Shown: in pieces, positions 1-8,024 of the stretch | Position numbering within the stretch: the first letter of the stretch is position 1 | Layout of the letters: every line of letters starts with the position of its first letter | From: an uncultured Sphingomonadaceae bacterium | GTDB taxonomy: Bacteria > Pseudomonadota > Alphaproteobacteria > Sphingomonadales > Sphingomonadaceae | Assembly: GCA_964483275.1 (NCBI GenBank) | Contig: CAZACH010000001.1 | Location: 1 to 36,472 of the forward strand | Direction of reading: 5' to 3' | DNA length: 36,472 nt | Made by a program: the position numbers and the translations under genes | The notes under the pieces: generated by a model | Told to the model about the DNA's origin: nothing | The model's input: only the letters and a program-made list of their open reading frames with translations | Databases searched by the model: none

Positions 1-1097
1 CGGTGGTTGCCGTACCAGCCAAACGCGACATGATGCCGCGCGTCCTTGCGGGTGATGTCGAAGCGGTCCGGATCGGCGAAACGGGCCGGGTCGCGGTTCG
101 CCGCATCGAAGCGCAGCAATACCGGCGCGCCCTTCGGGATGGCGGTGCCGGCGAGTTCGGTGTCGCGGGTGGCGATGCGCCACATCGAGGTCGCCGGCGT
201 TTCATAGCGCAGCAACTCCTCGACCGCATTGGCGATCAGCGACGGATCGTTGCGCAGCATGTCCATCTGCTCGGGATGCCGCACCAACTGCACGAGACCG
301 CTCATCAGCGTGTTGCGCGTGGTCTCGTTGCCGGCCACGGCGATTTCGAGCGTCAGGGCGGTCGCCTCGTCGTCGGTCAGCGGCGGCACGCCGTCGACGC
401 CGACATGGACGAGGTTGGAAATCAGATCGTCCGCCGGCTCGGCGCGGCGCAGCGCCAGCCGCTCGCGAATGAAGCGGATGAACTGCACGACATTCTTCGC
501 CGCCTCGACCTCCTGCTCGGGCGTGCCCATACGGCTGACGAGCAGGATGGCGGAATCCGACCATTTACGCACCAGATGCCAATGATCGCGGTCCAGCCCC
601 AATATGTCGGCGATGACATAGGTGGGCAGCAGCACGGCGAATTCGTTGACGAAATCCGCCTCCGTCTTTTTCGCCATGTCGTCGAGCAACTGGGTGACGA
701 TGCGCTCGATCAGCGGTTGCAGATTGGCGATCCGGCCATGCGCGAACACCGCGTTGACCAGCGCGCGGGTGCGCTTGTGATCGGGATCGTCGGACACCAG
801 CAGCAGGCCCGAGCCTGCCGTGCCGACCTCGGCAAGGATCGCCAGCGCCTCGTGATTGTCCATGTTGGGGCGATTGGTGAGGTGCCCCATCTGCGACGAG
901 AAATCCTCGGTGCGCTTGGTCGCTTCCGACACCGCCGCAAAGCTGGTGACGAGATAGGCCTCCATGCCGCCGGGCACGGTCGCCTTCACCACCGGCCCGC
1001 TCTCCCGCAGCTCCGCGAGGAAGGCGTGGGGATAGGCCAGCACGGCGGGATCCGTGAATGCCGGCATCGCGTCGGCTTCCAGCACATCCGTGGTCAT
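1..1097 (-). CDS. Cytochrome P450 monooxygenase (partial; C-terminus lies beyond the left window edge)
   Basis: Absent from the ORF track because it has no stop inside the window. Hand translation of the minus strand from ATG (1097-1095; SD GGAGA about 7 nt upstream) gives an uninterrupted 365-codon frame: MTTDVLEADAMPAFTDPAVLAYPHAFLAELRESGPVVKATVPGG... P450 signatures present: AVAGNETT (I-helix), EELLRYETP (ExxR K-helix), FDAANRDPARFADPDRFD, and the start of the heme loop HVAFGWYGNH at the edge. The listed 3..1247(+) ORF is its antisense shadow. Confidence 0.9.
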   Translation of the reverse strand, partial: MTTDVLEADAMPAFTDPAVLAYPHAFLAELRESGPVVKATVPGGMEAYLVTSFAAVSEATKRTEDFSSQMGHLTNRPNMDNHEALAILAEVGTAGSGLLLVSDDPDHKRTRALVNAVFAHGRIANLQPLIERIVTQLLDDMAKKTEADFVNEFAVLLPTYVIADILGLDRDHWHLVRKWSDSAILLVSRMGTPEQEVEAAKNVVQFIRFIRERLALRRAEPADDLISNLVHVGVDGVPPLTDDEATALTLEIAVAGNETTRNTLMSGLVQLVRHPEQMDMLRNDPSLIANAVEELLRYETPATSMWRIATRDTELAGTAIPKGAPVLLRFDAANRDPARFADPDRFDITRKDARHHVAFGWYGNH

Positions 1098-1156
1098 CGC
1101 CCGTCTCCAGACCTGATCATTGAAATTCACCTCTCCGGCCTAGCCAGCCACTATAA

Positions 1157-1178
1157 ACATGCGTTACGTACCGAATGT
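1157..1178. promoter_or_regulatory. Imperfect 22-bp palindrome in the divergent P450/TetR control region; candidate TetR operator
   Basis: ACATGCGTTACGTACCGAATGT has 18 of 22 positions self-complementary (ACATnCGnTACGTAnCGnATGT). It sits in the 134-bp AT-richer spacer between the P450 start (1097) and the TetR start (1232). A tandem CTTATTG CTTATTG follows at 1185-1198. Confidence 0.35.
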
Positions 1179-1231
1179 AAGTTTCTTATTGCTTATTGTA
1201 AAGGGCCAGCCGGAAAGGCATTTTGCGGACA

Positions 1232-1876
1232 ATGGATATGCCAGTAACCAGCAAAAAGCCCGCAAAACTACGCCGTTCGCAGGGGGAGCGCAGCGAGGCC
1301 TCCCGCGCCAGCCTGATCGAAAGCGCGATTCGACACACCCGCGAACGGGGCCTCGCCGCCGTCAGCCTGGCGGACATCGCCGCCGATGCGAAGCTCAGTC
1401 GCGGTGCCATCCAGCATCATTTCAGCAGTCGGGCCGAACTGATCCTTGCCGCGATCAGCGAGCTGGATCGCCGCATCTGCGTGGCGCTGGAAGCCTATAC
1501 CGCCCCCGACGACGTGGCTGGCGTGGATCGTGTCGCGGTGATCTTCGACCATGTCATCGCACTGGCCGATTCATCGGATGTCGTCGCCGCCTATGATCTG
1601 TGGAGCGCCAGCCGCAGCGATCCGGCGCTCAGCCACCGGACGGCGGAACTGCAACGCCAGCTCACGGACCAGTTCCGCACCTTCTGGCGCCGCAACCTCG
1701 AAGGCCATATGCCGCCCGCCCTGGTGGAAATGAGCCTCGATATAACCTTGATGATCAATCAGGGCGCGGCCATGTCGCAATTGCTGCGCCATGCATCCGG
1801 GGACACGAAGCGCACGCTGCTCGAAGCGAAGGCGATGCTGCTGGAATTCATCGGCGGGCGCCTCGGCCAGGGATAG
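1232..1876 (+). CDS. TetR/AcrR-family transcriptional regulator
   Basis: ORF 1223..1876. N-terminal TetR helix-turn-helix: SRASLIESAIRHTRERGLAAVSLADIAADAKLSRGAIQHHFSSRAELILAAI. The ORF-track start is TTG 1223; I list ATG 1232 (ATG 1238 is also possible). Divergent from the P450 and 27 bp upstream of the next gene. Confidence 0.9.
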   Translation: MDMPVTSKKPAKLRRSQGERSEASRASLIESAIRHTRERGLAAVSLADIAADAKLSRGAIQHHFSSRAELILAAISELDRRICVALEAYTAPDDVAGVDRVAVIFDHVIALADSSDVVAAYDLWSASRSDPALSHRTAELQRQLTDQFRTFWRRNLEGHMPPALVEMSLDITLMINQGAAMSQLLRHASGDTKRTLLEAKAMLLEFIGGRLGQG

Positions 1877-1903
1877 GCCGGGTCCGCGAGGGGGAGGAAT
1901 GGA

Positions 1904-2959
1904 ATGGAATTGCTGAGGCGTCCGCTGGACGACTATATCAGGCACAGGTTCGGGCCGCAGGCGGAGCTGGTCAAGGAGGAGCGGTTTCCGCGCGGCTCGT
2001 CGCGCCTGACCTATTTCGTCGAATACCGCCCCGCGCCGGGCGCGGACGTCGTCCCCGTGGTGTTTCGCGGCGATTTCGCGGGCGGCGCGACCATCCACAC
2101 CTCGCTCGAACAGGAATATTACATGTATGAGCGGCTGGGCCACACCGATGTCCCCGTCGCCAGGGTGATCGCGTGGGAGGACGATCCCGACTGGACCGAC
2201 CGCCCCTTCTATATCCGCGAGCAGATCGACGGCAGCTGGATCGTCCCGCATGTCGACGATCCCGATCCCCGCTATGACGATCTGCGCATCGCGATCGCGA
2301 AGGAGCATCTGCGCAAGATCGCGATGGTCCACAAGGTCGACTGGAAGGCGCTGGGCCTCGACCAGCGCCTGCCCCCGCCGCCGGACAAGGCAGGCGCCGG
2401 CGCCTTCTTCATCGACCGGCTGGTCGCCACCTTGCGCGACTTTCAGCGCGAGCCGATGCCGGTCGTCAACGAGGCGCTCGCCGTCTTCCGCCGCGACATT
2501 CCGCCCGCCTCGGCCATCGTGCTGTGCAAGGGGACGAACGGGCGCGGCGAGGAGGTGTTCAGGGACGGCGAGATCGTCGCGATGAGCGACTGGGAGGAAG
2601 CCTCCATCGGCGATCCCGCCGCCGACTTCGCCAGCATGCAGGACATGTACCCCACGATCGTCCGCGACGGCGCGGAGATATGGAGCCTGCAACACGCCAT
2701 CGACTATTATAACCAGGTCTCCGGCCACGGCCTGACCATGGAGAACGTCCAGTTCTACCTGAAGCTGCGGACGCTCGGCGCGGTGCTGTACGGGCACAAG
2801 TCCGCCGTCATCATGCATGACGGCAATGCCGACATCCGCCAGGGCTGGACCGGCACCGAAGTCTTCTATCTGATGAAGCGCATGAACGGCGCGGTGGCCG
2901 GGATCTGCGATCCGGCCGACCCGCACTGGTTCGAGGAACTGAACGAGACCGTGGTATGA
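1904..2959 (+). CDS. Phosphotransferase (APH/choline-kinase fold) family protein with an atypical catalytic loop
   Basis: 351 aa, ATG with SD GGGGAGG 6 nt upstream. Family features: RGSSRLTYFVEY (nucleotide-loop region), VVFRGDFAGG, and the C-terminal SDWEEASIGDPAADFA block (DxE/GDP..D of APH-like kinases). The expected HxDxxxxN catalytic loop reads LCKGTNGRGEE instead (see findings). Confidence 0.8.
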   Translation: MELLRRPLDDYIRHRFGPQAELVKEERFPRGSSRLTYFVEYRPAPGADVVPVVFRGDFAGGATIHTSLEQEYYMYERLGHTDVPVARVIAWEDDPDWTDRPFYIREQIDGSWIVPHVDDPDPRYDDLRIAIAKEHLRKIAMVHKVDWKALGLDQRLPPPPDKAGAGAFFIDRLVATLRDFQREPMPVVNEALAVFRRDIPPASAIVLCKGTNGRGEEVFRDGEIVAMSDWEEASIGDPAADFASMQDMYPTIVRDGAEIWSLQHAIDYYNQVSGHGLTMENVQFYLKLRTLGAVLYGHKSAVIMHDGNADIRQGWTGTEVFYLMKRMNGAVAGICDPADPHWFEELNETVV

Positions 2960-3474
2960 AGCCCCTCCTGACGCCGACGGCCGGCGAAACGATCCGCAAC
3001 ATCCGCCAGGGGCTGGAGGACTGGATACGTCCGGCCACGCAAGGCTCCGCCGCCTATAGCTATGCGACGACCGCGATCGCGCTGTGCCATCATGTCGAGA
3101 GCCGGCTGGAGCTGGAAGGCCAGCAGCTGTTCGACGAGATTGCGCGGCTGCGTCCCCTGCTGGCGCGCGCCGCCGAAGTGATGGACGGGCACGACAAGGG
3201 CGCGGCGCTCGCCGCCGCCATCCGCCGCGCGCTGGCCGAGGAGCGCGACCCCGCCGTCTATCCCACGCTGTCCGCCACCGCCGAACAGGTCGCGCAACTG
3301 CGCCAGCTCGTCTGCGACATTCAGGACATCGTCATCCCGCAGGATGAGGCCGGGCAGGCGTCGGACGCGGTCAAGGCGCTGCGCGAGGACATCCGCAGCT
3401 ATATCGGCTGGCAGCTGGAGGAGCAGGGCAAGATCGTCGAGCCCGCCTTCCGGGGACGCGGCCCGCGCCGGTGA
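2956..3474 (+). CDS. Hypothetical helical protein, translationally coupled partner of the kinase-fold gene
   Basis: 172 aa. Its start ATG overlaps the upstream stop (ATGA at 2956-2959). The frame has strongly GC-rich third positions throughout, consistent with real coding. I recognise no family motif. It shows weak by-eye similarity to the N-terminal 140 aa of the second kinase-fold protein (29385..). Confidence 0.7.
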   Translation: MKPLLTPTAGETIRNIRQGLEDWIRPATQGSAAYSYATTAIALCHHVESRLELEGQQLFDEIARLRPLLARAAEVMDGHDKGAALAAAIRRALAEERDPAVYPTLSATAEQVAQLRQLVCDIQDIVIPQDEAGQASDAVKALREDIRSYIGWQLEEQGKIVEPAFRGRGPRR

Positions 3475-3499
3475 CGGCCATATCGACAGGAGAGGCAGG

Positions 3500-4276
3500 A
3501 TGACGGGATTTTTGCAGGGTCGGGTGGCGCTGGTCACGGGTGGCGGCAAGGGCATCGGGCGCGCGACCTGCGAGAAGCTGGCCGCCGAGGGCGCCAGCGT
3601 GCTGGTGGCAACGCGCGGCGCCGAGGCCGGGCAGGCCACGGTCGACGCCATCCGCGCGGCGGGCGGCACGGCCGAACTGGCGGCGATCGAAATCGGCGCG
3701 GACGGGTCGGCGGAACGGGTCGTGCAGGCGGCGCGGGATGCGTTCGGCGCGCTCGACATCCTGATCCACAATGCCGCCTATATCCCTTACGGGCCGATCG
3801 GCGACCTGCCCGACGCCGAATGGGCCAAGGCGATGGCGGTCGGGCCGGACAGCGCCTTTCGACTGCTCAAGGCGGCGCTGCCGCTGCTGCGGGAGAGCAA
3901 GCATGGCCGGGCGATCTTCGTCACCTCGCTCGCCGCCGGCCGCAGCATGTCGCGCAACCTCGTCGCCTATGGCGCGGCGAAGGGCGCGATCGAGGCCTTC
4001 GTCAAGGGCGCCGCGATGGAGCTGATCGCCGAGGGGATCACCGTCAACGCCGTCGCGCCGGGCGGCACCATGTCCGATGCGGTCAAGACCCAGATGAGCG
4101 CGGACGCCATCGCCGGGCTTGCCGCCATGCTGCCGGCCAAAAGGCTGGCCGAATGCGCGGAACTCGCCGACGTCATCGCCTTCGTCGCATCGGACGCGGC
4201 GCGCTTCGTCACCGGCCAGTCGATCTGTGTCGACGGCGGCCAGTCGCTGGGGCTGGACATCATCCTCGACAATTGA
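3500..4276 (+). CDS. Short-chain dehydrogenase/reductase (SDR) family oxidoreductase
   Basis: ORF 3344..4276 trimmed to ATG 3500 (SD AGGAGAGG just upstream). MTGFLQGRVALVTGGGKGIGRA (TGxxxGxG Rossmann), NAAY, catalytic YGAAKGA (YxxxK), and C-terminal FVTGQSICVDGG. Confidence 0.9.
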   Translation: MTGFLQGRVALVTGGGKGIGRATCEKLAAEGASVLVATRGAEAGQATVDAIRAAGGTAELAAIEIGADGSAERVVQAARDAFGALDILIHNAAYIPYGPIGDLPDAEWAKAMAVGPDSAFRLLKAALPLLRESKHGRAIFVTSLAAGRSMSRNLVAYGAAKGAIEAFVKGAAMELIAEGITVNAVAPGGTMSDAVKTQMSADAIAGLAAMLPAKRLAECAELADVIAFVASDAARFVTGQSICVDGGQSLGLDIILDN

Positions 4277-4314
4277 GCGGATAGCGGCGCTGCGCCGATG
4301 ACAGGAGAGAGAAC

Positions 4315-5328
4315 ATGGCCAAGCAATCCAACGACAAGCCCCGGATCGCCTTCTATGGCCTTGGCAATTACGGGCTGGAGGCGGCGCGCATCGCCGCCGC
4401 CAACCCGCATTGCACGATCGTCGCGGCCTATAACCGCGCCGGGCCGAAGGTCGGCCAGGACCTCGGCCGCCTCGCCGGCCTCGACCGCGATCTCGGCGTC
4501 GTCGTGCAGGATTGCGACACCGCCGATTTCGCCGCGGCCGGCGCCGATGTCGCGATCGTCGCCGTCACCGACCGGCTGGCGAAGAACCTGCCAATCTATG
4601 AAAAGCTGCTGGGTGCCGGCCTCAACGTGATCTGCCATGGCGCCGAGGCCTATTTCCCCTATGGCGCCGATGCCGCGCTGGCCGCCCGGATCGACGCGCT
4701 GGCCAAGGCCAATGAGGTCAGCTTCACCGGCACCGGCATCTGGGACTTTTCGCGCATCTGGGCCGGCATCCTCGCCTTGGGGCCGGCAACCGAGATCCGC
4801 TCGCTGTTCCATCGCAGCATCACCGACGCGCAGTCGGCGACGCTCGACCTTGCCAAGGTGTGCGGCGTCACGCTGACCCAGGCGGAGTTCGCCGAGCAGA
4901 ATCACGACCGCATCGGCGACCTCTACAAGCTGATCCCGCACCATGTGCTGCATGCGCTGGGCTATACCGTCACCAGCGTCACCGAACGGCGCGAGCCGGT
5001 GCTGTCCGACGCGCCGGTTCACAGCCATCTCGCCGGCCGCGACCTCGAACCCGGCATCGTGCTGGGCATCCGCATCGTCGCCGAGGTCGAAACCGCCGAG
5101 GGCGTCACCGCGACCTGCCATATGGAACTGCGCATCCTGCAGGAGGACGAGAGCGAGCACATGCTGTGGGCGGTGGACGGCAAGCCCGCCACGAAGGTGC
5201 GGGTGGATCGCACCGATTCCCTCCACACCTCCGCCGCCTGCCTCGTCAATCGCGTTCCCAACGTGGTCGCCGCCGCGCCCGGCATTCGTCTGGTGTCGGA
5301 ACTGGGTGTGCTCAGGCCCTGGCTGTAA
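4315..5328 (+). CDS. NAD(P)-binding oxidoreductase, DapB N-terminal-like / 2,4-diaminopentanoate (amine) dehydrogenase-like family
   Basis: 337 aa, SD AGGAGAG 5 nt upstream. N-terminal Rossmann RIAFYGLGNYGLEAARI. The C-terminal ...NRVPNVVAAAPGIRLVSELG resembles the tail I recall for DapB-like amine dehydrogenases. Functional assignment is tentative. Confidence 0.55.
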   Translation: MAKQSNDKPRIAFYGLGNYGLEAARIAAANPHCTIVAAYNRAGPKVGQDLGRLAGLDRDLGVVVQDCDTADFAAAGADVAIVAVTDRLAKNLPIYEKLLGAGLNVICHGAEAYFPYGADAALAARIDALAKANEVSFTGTGIWDFSRIWAGILALGPATEIRSLFHRSITDAQSATLDLAKVCGVTLTQAEFAEQNHDRIGDLYKLIPHHVLHALGYTVTSVTERREPVLSDAPVHSHLAGRDLEPGIVLGIRIVAEVETAEGVTATCHMELRILQEDESEHMLWAVDGKPATKVRVDRTDSLHTSAACLVNRVPNVVAAAPGIRLVSELGVLRPWL

Positions 5329-5355
5329 GGCGGACGGGTTCGGGAGAAACAGGCA

Positions 5356-6534
5356 ATGCCGGTACAATCTGACGTGGTGCTCTCCGTCGACGCCCTGATG
5401 GCCGCCGCGCGCGCGGAGACGGGCATCGAGATCGTCGATGTCGAGGCCGTCGAGCCGCTCGGCGCGCTGGTCGACTCGCTCAACGCGGAATCGGGGCTGC
5501 ACGCCGCCGGGCGCAAGGGCATGGCCGGCAAGATCATCCGCATGCTGAGCAACCGCCTGCGCATGCAGCGGGATTTCCGCGCCCATCCCGAGATCGCCGA
5601 TCAGGTCGTCAATGCGCCGATCTTCTTCTGCGGCATGGGCCGCACCGGATCGACCAAGGCGCAGAAGCTGCTGGCGATGTCGGGCGAGTTCAACTGGCTG
5701 AGCTATTGGCGGGCGCTCAATCCCAGCCTCATCACCGGCGACCGCACTGAATCGCCGCAGGCCCGGATCGACGACGCCGACGAGTTCACCCGCTGGTTCG
5801 ACCAGTCCAGCCCCGACCTCAAATATGCCCATTCCTTCGAGACGCACGAGCCGGAGGAGGAGAGCCTGATCCTGGAACACAGCTTGCGCAGCCCGACATG
5901 GCTGGGCTGGGCGCCGATCGACGGCTATCTGGCATGGCTGATGGGTCAGGACCAGACCGCGCAATTCCGCTATCTGCGCGACACGCTCAAATATCTGCAA
6001 TGGCAGGGCATCGCCGATCCCGACAAGCGCTGGGTGCTGAAAAGCCCGCTCTATACCGGCATGGAGCCGTCACTGCTGGACGTGTTTCCCGACGCCCGGC
6101 TGATCATGACGCATCGCGAGCCGGCCAGGACGATCCCGTCGGCGCTGCGGCTGATGGAGCTGTTCCACAAGCCCTTCACCGACCGGCTGAGCAGCACCGA
6201 AAACTATCTGCGCGGCCAGATCGCCGGGATCGACGCGCACCTCGCGCACCGTGCCCGGCCGGAGGGGCTGGACGTGCTCGACCTCGACTTCAGGGAGATC
6301 ACCGGCGCGCCCGAAAAGATGATCCGGCGCGTGTTCGATTATATCGGCAAGCCGCTCTCCAGCGAAGCGCTGGCGCGCATGATGCGGTGGAATGACGACA
6401 ATCCGCAGCACAAGCACGGCAAGAAGCATGTCTATGCGCTGGAAGATTACGGCCTCAGCGAAGCCCAGATCAACGAGATGTTCGCCGGCTATCGCCAGTT
6501 GATGAAGGATCGCCTCGCGACAGCGGACCGCTGA
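5356..6534 (+). CDS. Sulfotransferase family protein (PAPS-dependent type)
   Basis: 392 aa, SD GGGAGA 8 nt upstream. 5'-phosphosulfate-binding loop FFCGMGRTGSTKAQKLL (5632-5658). 3'-phosphate-binding-like segment LIMTHREPARTIPSALRL. Size and layout are typical of bacterial Sulfotransfer_3-type proteins. Confidence 0.75.
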   Translation: MPVQSDVVLSVDALMAAARAETGIEIVDVEAVEPLGALVDSLNAESGLHAAGRKGMAGKIIRMLSNRLRMQRDFRAHPEIADQVVNAPIFFCGMGRTGSTKAQKLLAMSGEFNWLSYWRALNPSLITGDRTESPQARIDDADEFTRWFDQSSPDLKYAHSFETHEPEEESLILEHSLRSPTWLGWAPIDGYLAWLMGQDQTAQFRYLRDTLKYLQWQGIADPDKRWVLKSPLYTGMEPSLLDVFPDARLIMTHREPARTIPSALRLMELFHKPFTDRLSSTENYLRGQIAGIDAHLAHRARPEGLDVLDLDFREITGAPEKMIRRVFDYIGKPLSSEALARMMRWNDDNPQHKHGKKHVYALEDYGLSEAQINEMFAGYRQLMKDRLATADR

Positions 6535-6581
6535 CCGCGCCACAGCACAGGCGTTAAACCCCCACCACCAATCTCCCCCCA

Positions 6582-6699
6582 CCTCCGTTCGTCCTGAGCC
6601 TGTCGAAGGACGACTGCGCCCCCTTGCGGGTCCGCGCCGGACCTTACGGGTGGGAAGGCCTGAGCAGACGTCCTTCGACAGGCTCAGGACGAACGGAGG
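6582..6699. repeat. REP/MITE-like element copy 1: perfect 31-bp inverted repeat with a 56-nt spacer
   Basis: Left arm CCTCCGTTCGTCCTGAGCCTGTCGAAGGACG (6582-6612) is the exact reverse complement of 6669-6699. It lies in the convergent gap between the sulfotransferase stop (6534) and the ACAD stop (6734). A second copy lies at 24211-24328. Confidence 0.85.
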
Positions 6700-6733
6700 C
6701 GGAAAGAACGATGCTGATTTATCGCCCGATGCC

Positions 6734-7900
6734 TTAATAGGATTTCGGCAACCCCAGCACCTTTTCGGCGATGAAGTTCATGATCATTTCCGGGCTGACA
6801 GGCGTAATGACCGGCAGGATCGAATCCCGGAACAGTCGTTCGACCTGATATTCCTTGGCATAGCCCATGCCGCCATGCGTCATGACCGCGCGGGTGCAGG
6901 CGTTGAAGCAGGCGCGGCCGGCGAGGAACTTGGCGGTATTGGCCTCGGCGCCGCAGGACTTGCCGGCATCATAGAGATAGGCGGCGCGCATCGCCATCCA
7001 GAAGGCGGATTCCAGCTCCATCCAGTTTTCGGCGAGCGGATGGGCGATGCCCTGGTTCTTGCCGATCGGCCGGCCGAAGACCACGCGCTCCCGCGCATAT
7101 TGCGCCGCGCGCGACAGGGCGTTCTGGCCGAAGCCGATCGCCTCCACCGCCACCAGGATGCGTTCGGGGTTGAGGCTGTGGAGGATGCACTTGAAGCCGT
7201 CCCCCTCCGCGCCGATGCGGTCTTCTTCCGGCACGAAATAATCGTCGATGAAAGTGATGTTCGAATCGACGGCGTTGCGCCCCATCTTGGGGATTTTCGT
7301 GACCTCGATCTGCGTCTTGTCGAGATCGGTGTAGAACAGCGTCATGCCGTCGGTCGGCTTCTTGCACGCCTCCTTGGGCGTCGTCCGCGTCAACAGCAGG
7401 ATCTTGTTCGCGACCTGCGCGGAGGAGGTCCATATCTTGCGCCCGGTGACGCGATAGCCGCCATCGACCTTCCTCGCGAAGGTGCTGATGCTGGTCGTGT
7501 CGAGGCCGGCGTCCGGCTCGGTGACGCCGAAACAGGCCTTGTCGGTGCCGGCGATCAGGCCGGGCAGCATGCGCTGCTTCTGCTCGGGCGTGCCATAGAC
7601 GACGACCGCATGCGGCCCGAACAGGTTGAGGTGCAGGGCGCCCGCCGCCGAATAGCCGCCGCTGCCGGAGGTGACGGTATGCATCATGATCGCCGCCTCG
7701 GTGACGCCGAGGCCCGCGCCGCCCAGCTCCTCCGGCATGGTGATGCCCAGCCAGCCGGCATCCGCCATGGCGCGGTGGAACTCGTGCGGAAAGCGCTGTT
7801 CCTCGCTCGCGGTGCTCCAATATTCATCGTCGAAGCGGGCGACGATCTTCTTCACCTCGTCGCGGATGATTTCATGATCCGCCGAAAGCTCGATTTCCAT
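6734..7900 (-). CDS. Acyl-CoA dehydrogenase family protein
   Basis: 388 aa, SD GAGGG 7 nt upstream. ACAD blocks: WLGITMPEELGGAGLG, CFGVTEPDAGLDTTSI, GRKIWTSSA, GAEGDGFKCILHSLNPERILVAVEAIG, and THGGMGYAKEYQVERLFRD. Confidence 0.9.
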   Translation of the reverse strand: MEIELSADHEIIRDEVKKIVARFDDEYWSTASEEQRFPHEFHRAMADAGWLGITMPEELGGAGLGVTEAAIMMHTVTSGSGGYSAAGALHLNLFGPHAVVVYGTPEQKQRMLPGLIAGTDKACFGVTEPDAGLDTTSISTFARKVDGGYRVTGRKIWTSSAQVANKILLLTRTTPKEACKKPTDGMTLFYTDLDKTQIEVTKIPKMGRNAVDSNITFIDDYFVPEEDRIGAEGDGFKCILHSLNPERILVAVEAIGFGQNALSRAAQYARERVVFGRPIGKNQGIAHPLAENWMELESAFWMAMRAAYLYDAGKSCGAEANTAKFLAGRACFNACTRAVMTHGGMGYAKEYQVERLFRDSILPVITPVSPEMIMNFIAEKVLGLPKSY

Positions 7901-8024
7901 CCACTGTCCCTCACATGCGCCGGCATCGGATATTCCGCGAGAGGCCGCGGAGCCGTGGCCCGCAGTCTTTATGCTCCGACGCCGGCGACGCCAACCCCGT
8001 GCGCGGGGCTGGCGCCGAACCGCC

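Noticed and set aside
3-1247. 414-aa + strand ORF covering the left end of the window
   Set aside because: It is the antisense shadow of the P450 gene. The translation is Arg/Gly/Ala/His-rich with no recognisable motif, while the opposite strand gives an uninterrupted P450 with I-helix, ExxR and heme-loop signatures.
5632-5658. GMGRTGSTK loop as a Walker-A NTPase or kinase motif
   Set aside because: The context favours the sulfotransferase 5'-PSB loop over a P-loop NTPase. The protein is 392 aa, has a downstream HREPARTIPS 3'-phosphate-binding-like segment and lacks a Walker B.
1571-6000. Long minus-strand ORFs (1571..2926, 2866..3771, 3371..3904, 3967..6000; up to 677 aa) opposite the kinase-fold to sulfotransferase operon
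   Set aside because: These are typical high-GC antisense open frames. They have Arg/Ala/Gly/Pro-dominated composition and no family motifs. Each overlaps + strand genes that have clear family signatures, SD sequences and tight operon spacing.
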